Shown one piece after another: positions 58,026 to 64,000 of a DNA stretch of 64,000 nucleotides. Source of the DNA: Squalus acanthias (lineage: Eukaryota); NCBI GenBank assembly GCA_030390025.1, contig CM059431.1, positions 94,490,001 to 94,554,000 of the forward strand, in the 5' to 3' direction. Below the pieces are notes generated by a model. It did no database searches and was not told where the DNA came from. It saw nothing but the letters and a program-made list of their open reading frames with translations. The translations under genes were made by a program, and so were the position numbers. Positions within the stretch are counted from its first letter, which is position 1; every line of letters begins with the position of its first letter.

Positions 58026-61000
58026 GCAGACCACCACACATTGGGACACCCACTCCAGTAAGTGCTGGAGAGCTCCTCCTGAGCGGTCAAGGTCGTGGAA
58101 CCATTGCTTGAGCACCCCAATAGTCAGCTCATTGACATTCCTTGTGGCAGCATGGCTGTCATTAAATGAGTGCTGGCCACGAGTGGTGGGTTTGTGTAGG
58201 GGAGTCATCGGCCAGGTGTACAGCGGATAGCCCTTGTTGCCTAGCAGCCACCCTCTTGTTCGACATGGCGGCTGAAAGATTGCTGACACAGCGGACTGGC
58301 ACAGGATGAAGGCATCATGACTGCTGCCAGGATACCGTGCATTCACCATCATGATGTGCTGGGCGTGGTCGCACGCCAACTGCACAATAAGTGAGTGGTC
58401 GCCTTTGTGGTTACAGTACATCTCAGCATTGATATGTGGCACCTGTTTGTGCAGTTGATGGCACCCTGCATCATGGGGAAGCCTGATATCCTGGCAAAGC
58501 CACATGTATGCCCCTCCTGCTTCTCTCTGTTTAGAGAGAAGAAAATTAATTTCCTCCTCCTAGAGTACAGAATATTTGTGACCTCCCAGTTGCAGCAATG
58601 GGTGGCGAACTGTGAGATCTTTGTTATGTTGCCTGTTCCAGTCTGGAAGGATCCGTTGGTGAAAAAGTTCAGGGCCATGGTCACCTTGAAGGCCACTGGC
58701 AGCACCATCGTCATCCTGCTCTGAGGTTGCAGGTCTGGTAGCAGGAGGTGACAGGGTTCTGCGACCACCTCCGTGGTGAAGCGGAGCTGCTGAACACACT
58801 GCTCCTGGCTTAGGTGCAGGTAGGAGAAGTGCTCCCTGAAGACCCTGGGTAGGTAAGACCTCCTGCTGAGAGCCCATCTCCCCCCCACTCCTCCTCCCTC
58901 TGCGAGCAGCTTGTCTTCTTTGCTGCCTCTGTTCCAGCCCCCTGTCATGCTGTAGCACGAGGAGGACTGCAACTAGAGCCCCCATGACTGGGAGCAAGTG
59001 GTGTACTCCGAGACCTTCCAGTAGCTGCCAACACCTTCCCAACATCCAGCAGCACTCCCTGCACACTTTAACAAGGTTATAAATAGCTTCCAGCAACCCA
59101 GTACAGACTCTGCAAGAGCCAGTATGAGAAATAATCAACTTACCTGCAAGTTGGATGTATCCCTGTAAATAATGCTGGTGGGGGCAGGCGGGTCCTTTGT
59201 GTGGCTTTAGGAAAGGGAATTGATTGGAGTGGCGACATCGAAAATGGCAGGTCTTGCTTCAAATCAGCGTTACATGCTGACTGAAGTCGTGATCTGCCTA
59301 CTCTGCATACTGCCGACCTGCTCCTGCTCCTATTTCTTATGTTCGACATATAGGTGAGAAACAGGCCTAAGTCTTACACACCCAGTCCCACCAACCAGCC
59401 CCACAAGGATAGCCACTGGCTGTCTCTTCTATACCCACTGAGTGTAAATGTTGGTGAGGAGGCTGGGCCCAACAGCCGCTGGATTTGCCTGCTTACTGCT
59501 GCTGTCTCTATTGACTCCAGGGACCTAGCAAGCATAGGGTAGCAGTAATCCCTGGGGCAGTAGTGGTAGCCCCCTAACTCACAGAATCGAGGGTGAAGGT
59601 CGAGTAGTGGTCGTCTCTCCCTGCACATAGGCCCCAAATGCAATTCTTTCCCCTATTGGCTGAATCCGATGCCATCAAAGAAAATTTAAATGCACCACTA
59701 CATTTTCTGGCCTTTAATGGTGGGGGTCCCACTGGGAGCCCAGCATGTTTACTTAAAGAGTCCTGTCCCAGGAAAATAGGTCGGGGTTACGACAGGTTTA
59801 GGGCGATGGGTTCACTGTGAGGAAAGTCCAGCCCTACACCTTCAAAGTGTATGTAGAACATCATCTTAGTAGATGATTCAATGTAGTTTTCAGCCTCTTC
59901 CATTCAAGCAGCCTGACTCACACTTTGTCATTCTGGTTTTCTCCTATTGTTGCGTTATTATTACCATCTCTGGTCAGAATGGCTGTGAATATTACAGAAA
60001 GAGGAAATGTTTAATTGTGTGCTGGTAAACCAGGCAGCTGACCATAAATTAAATTGTGGAGTCTTCTCACATTACAGGCAGTCTGTGTCAAGCAGTGGCC
60101 ACACGTGACTTTTGAAATATAATCCATAGAAACTGTGGGCTCCATTCAAAGCACAAAACAGAGTTTGGTCATTTCACTCTCCCAGCAAGGAGCCTCACCC
60201 ACCAGCAGAATGTATCAGAAATCTGACCATATGTTGTGTGTGGCTTGCCAGTAGGTGAAGCGCTCAGCTGGGAGCACAAGATCAACAATTAGCCGGCATT
60301 AACAACAACAACCTGTATTTATATAGCGCCTTTAACGTAGTAAAACGGCCCAAGGCGTTAAGTAAATAAGCATTGATAAAATCAGGTGCTGAGTAAAGGT
60401 GCAATGTATTCATAAACAAGTGTTTGGTGGACAGATGGCACAAAGGCATATGTCCTATCGAAACAGCATCACATCACCTCCATATCACACGATCATTATA
60501 AAAATGATACACTCTCTGTCTGATGCCCTCAAACAGAGAGAAGGCTCTGTGGAGACAGTGCCCTATTTTATTTTAGAAGGGAGAAGATTTCCCATGTCAC
60601 ATTGTCAGGATGATATGAGGGCTTGGTTTCACAATCGGGCACCCACAGAGGGCATGGAACTGGAATTCATGGGTTGTGATTAGCTGAGTTGCACCAGCTA
60701 CAGGTACCACTCCTCACTGGCAGTGCCCGGTCGCAGGTTCGGCCCTCGTGACACGACGGCACATTTCATTCTGATTCACATCACGGTCCGTTTAGAAATT
60801 AAAAAGGGATTCTGTTGACAACAGTACCCCTCACAAGTAATGTGTGGGTTTATGAATTAGCTTCCCCAGCACATAGCTTCATGGAGCCAGGAGCATTGAG
60901 CAGAAATGTTTTTATTCATCCATCACTCACATTCAAAGAGCATTGCCTTGCACAGGTTAGAAAGAATGCCATAGAATGTTTTTGTCACTGTTGCAGACAG

Positions 61001-61734
61001 CCTGCACTCTCCACGTGGCTGATCCCCAACCCTGGCGCGAGGCCGAGGCAGCCCACCTCCCAAATGTAAGTGACTGTGAAGCTGGAAGATCAGCCAGAAT
61101 CAGGGGCTCCTCTTTGCGACAGGTGGAAGTCCCACATGCACCACCCCGCTTCCAGCTCCCCAGATTTGCATCCCAACTATGGTGAAAAATGTATTGGCAA
61201 ACAGTAGCCATATCTGGGAGGAAAATGTCACATCCTCTGGCGATTCAGTGACCATCTTCTGAGGAATGAAAGTCGGAGACGGAAAGTCCAGTTCGTACTC
61301 GCAGAAAAGGCTGTGTGAGTGAAGCATTTTTCACATACACGAACAAAACTGTTTTGCGCATACGCATAATCTTTTAAAACAATCCACTCCCCCACATTCA
61401 AGGTGGCCTCTTTATATGAAAGGCACTGTGGGTTGAAACTTTGCAACTAAAACTGCTTTGAAATATGCCAGCTCCATCATCCTTTACTTGCGGCCAGCCA
61501 TGGAGCAGGCCAAAGTGGCCGGATTTCTGGGCGAGTTTATGATTCCACCTGTCCTGCCCCTAAAGTCACAGCTGGTGTCATCCCAATTTCCTGCCCCTCC
61601 TCTCCCACTGCACTAGGTTTCTGCATCTCAAAACAGCGACACTTCTAGTTTAAGGTCATCCTACTCACATGTCATCCAGCTCCAAAATCATACCAGTTCT
61701 GGCAAACAGTTATACTCAAAACATTAAACCCACC

Positions 61735-62085
61735 TTTTCTCTTAATAGATACTAACCGACTCGCTGTGTATTTCCAGCATTTCCTGGTTTTATTTCAGAT
61801 TTCCAGCAAGTGAAGTTTTTTTCTGGGTTTATTTACCATTTGAGTTACTGCCACTTCTGTTTCAGGAATGTCAGCCCTAACCGTCACAAATTCTTCTTCT
61901 TCCTGTTCTATTGTTCCTCTCCTCTACCTCTCCCTTATATCTTTTTCTTTGTCCAGCTTGCTCATTTTTCAGTTTCCATTTCTAGTGAAGAGTACATTCC
62001 CAGAACATTGCTCTCCTCTCTTTACAGATTCCGACTGATCAGTTGAATATTTCCAGCATTTTCTGTATTTGATTCACATTCTCAG
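61735..62085 (+). mobile_element. Decayed PLE pLTR fragments
   Basis: GTATTTCCAGCATTT..GTTTTATTTCAGATTTCCAGC and CCACTTCT..CAGGAATG match 37510-37615. Confidence 0.6.
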
Positions 62086-62656
62086 CGGCTAGTTTTGGAG
62101 TTTCAATGAATTGTGCTGTGATAGATGTGAGGCTGTGGAAATCACTTCCAGGGTTAGTGGTTGAGGCAGAAACTATTTATGGCCGAGAATTTCATGGAGA
62201 CTTACACCATTGGAATGGCCCAACTACAGCAGTGGGCTTGTCTTACACCATAAATGTCCCAGGAAATTTTGTATTGCTGAATAAAATTTATATATTGGAC
62301 ATTATTAAATTTTAAGTTTCTTAATCTTAAGTGAACATTTCCCCACAGTGACAGAAGGGAAATTATGATTTGACAAATAAACCCTTGGGCTCTTAAGCAG
62401 AGCCACAATGGATTCTCTGCTTTCTTTTGTTATATGGAAGTTACTTTGTAAACTAATTGCGAGCACTTCTGTCTCGAATGTTAAAACACCATGTAAACCA
62501 CCAAGCCTGGAGTTGATAAAGTGAATTGTTAAAAATAAAATTGATATGAGTTGCACTCGAGAAGGGAAAATCTAACTGAAGTTTAAGGGGATAGTCAAAT
62601 TTGCATTAAAAGAAACCGGTGAAAAGCAGTCTAGGTGATCCTGCCAATTGCTGTGT

Positions 62657-64000
62657 ATTGTAGGGGGTGGTATGTGGGGTCAGCCTTCACCTCTGACTCA
62701 GTGAGCGGTTCGAATCGCTCCCACGCCCCTGGTTCCTAGAATTTGGACTTATTTAGGGGTTGTGAACAAAGATGCAGTAGACAACAGGTTCTAATGAAAG
62801 AATTTTGACTTTATTAAAAGAAAAAGGTAACAAACTTAAAACACACTTAATACTTAAACACAGGTTGGGGAACACACGGTACAGGCGAGGGAGAATGACA
62901 ATATACAAAAAAAAACTTATCCCTCCCAAAAATCCCACTATCTAGCTAGGTTTTGGTTTCAGGAGATCAGGGATAATGCTCACCAAATGAATCCTTGACA
63001 GTTGAGAGTTAGGGTTTAGAGTCTTTTGAGTAAAAGGTTTCGTAAGGCCCTTGTTGCCGTGAGGTGTCCGATGGTCACTGAGGCAGTCGCTCTGGTTTCT
63101 TCTTGTGTGTTGGTCTGCTTGTGAAGTTGTTGGCCTTCTTTCCTCCTCCTCCTCGTGGCTTGTGGTGTCTTGCTGGAGCAGAGCTGAGAGAGAGCTGTGC
63201 GAGCATTGAGAGCGTTGTCAGAGAGTCCAGAGAGAGAGCGTCTTGGGGGATAGGCCCCCAATTATACTGTCAGCCCCTTTGTCATTTTCGCGCCCAAAAC
63301 CCCTTACTAAATCGGTTTCCTTTAGATTTCAAATGAGCCCTGTTTATTCCATTGTCTTAGTTTTGGTGGGCTTGTCAGTTTCGATGGCTTTAACTTGGTG
63401 TTAAACATGTCTGATAGCTTCCGAATGTTTCCCATTTAGGCAAGGCCTTTATCTGCGCGCCAAATCTTGTCCCTATTGTCCGAGGTTTTTTGGTGGGCTT
63501 GTAAATCTGTCCCTGTGGATACCTGGTTGATTGGTTTTTGATGAAGTAATCGGGGTACTAAATGTTTTATTGATTTCAGGCTTCTGTTGTCCTGTTTGGG
63601 CCTGGGAATTTCAAAAGAGGTCTTGGATTATTCATATTTCGATGTGTGTGTGAGGCTTTGGGTTTGTCTCTTCCTTCTTGGTAGGAATGCAGTGTAAACA
63701 AATTCCCAGACAGCTTGATTGGGCCCCAATACCCAAAGCTGTCCACTGCCTGGCCATGCCCCTCCGCAGCCTGTCTGTGTCTGTGAAAGGTGTCTTTCCC
63801 AACAGTAAGATTCAAAGGTCATTTTCCTCAGGGTTTTTTTGTTCCCTGATCTTTTAAAATGTCCAAAACTGAGGTTTTTACCTCAAATCACTTCACTTAG
63901 GTCCCATCATCCCAAGTTTGTATGAAAGGTCCAAAAATCACTCCCTTTAGGTTCTGTTCGAGTTTCTGGGGGATTTTGCGAAGCCTACAGTATCAAGGAA
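62657..64000 (-). mobile_element. Possible LTR-like repeat running off the window
   Basis: Starts TGTAG, has a minus-strand AATAAA near 62810 and internal degenerate repeats; other end not visible. Confidence 0.3.

Larger units (their letters stand above)
52801..58986 (-). pseudogene. Harbinger transposase split by insertions (58986-58026, then 53002-52801)
   Basis: ALNFFTNGSFQ, NARYPGSSHDAFIL, LLGNKGYP, ELTIGVLKQ; VVVC|SILHKLAIMR across the LTR; acidic tail and RERIIRFRFP*. Confidence 0.85.
50461..59320. mobile_element. Second decayed autonomous Harbinger (termini not recognisable) hosting a solo LTR and an ERV
   Basis: Convergent Myb/SANT gene (+) and transposase (-); boundaries approximate. 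Confidence 0.8.

Noticed and set aside
62675..62730. GGTTCGAATC T-loop/B-box suggesting a tRNA gene
   Set aside because: No convincing cloverleaf or acceptor stem

Overview
This is repeat-saturated vertebrate DNA with no prokaryotic features. The repeat mix suggests a cartilaginous fish (shark), which is an inference from recognition only. Most of the window is nested transposable elements. There are three near/full-length CR1-type LINEs (ORF1 zinc finger + SGNH esterase; ORF2 APE + RT) and many truncated copies, a second CR1-clade LINE family with its partner tRNA-SINE, and a Penelope-like element whose pseudo-LTRs carry minimal hammerhead ribozyme motifs. There are also two decayed autonomous PIF/Harbinger transposons (DDE transposase + intron-containing Myb/SANT gene), many Harbinger-type MITEs and two solo LTRs. 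The most notable object is a very young, 3'-truncated endogenous retrovirus (53142-57167, minus strand). It has a perfect tRNA-Ser(GCU) PBS, a leader array of 68-bp hairpin repeats, an intact 515-aa Gag with two CCHC knuckles, an in-frame UGA before pro-pol, and a foamy-like RT. It is flanked by an apparently identical 247-bp duplication instead of a normal short TSD. No host gene is confidently identifiable; a few candidate minus-strand exons lie at about 25.1-26.5 kb.
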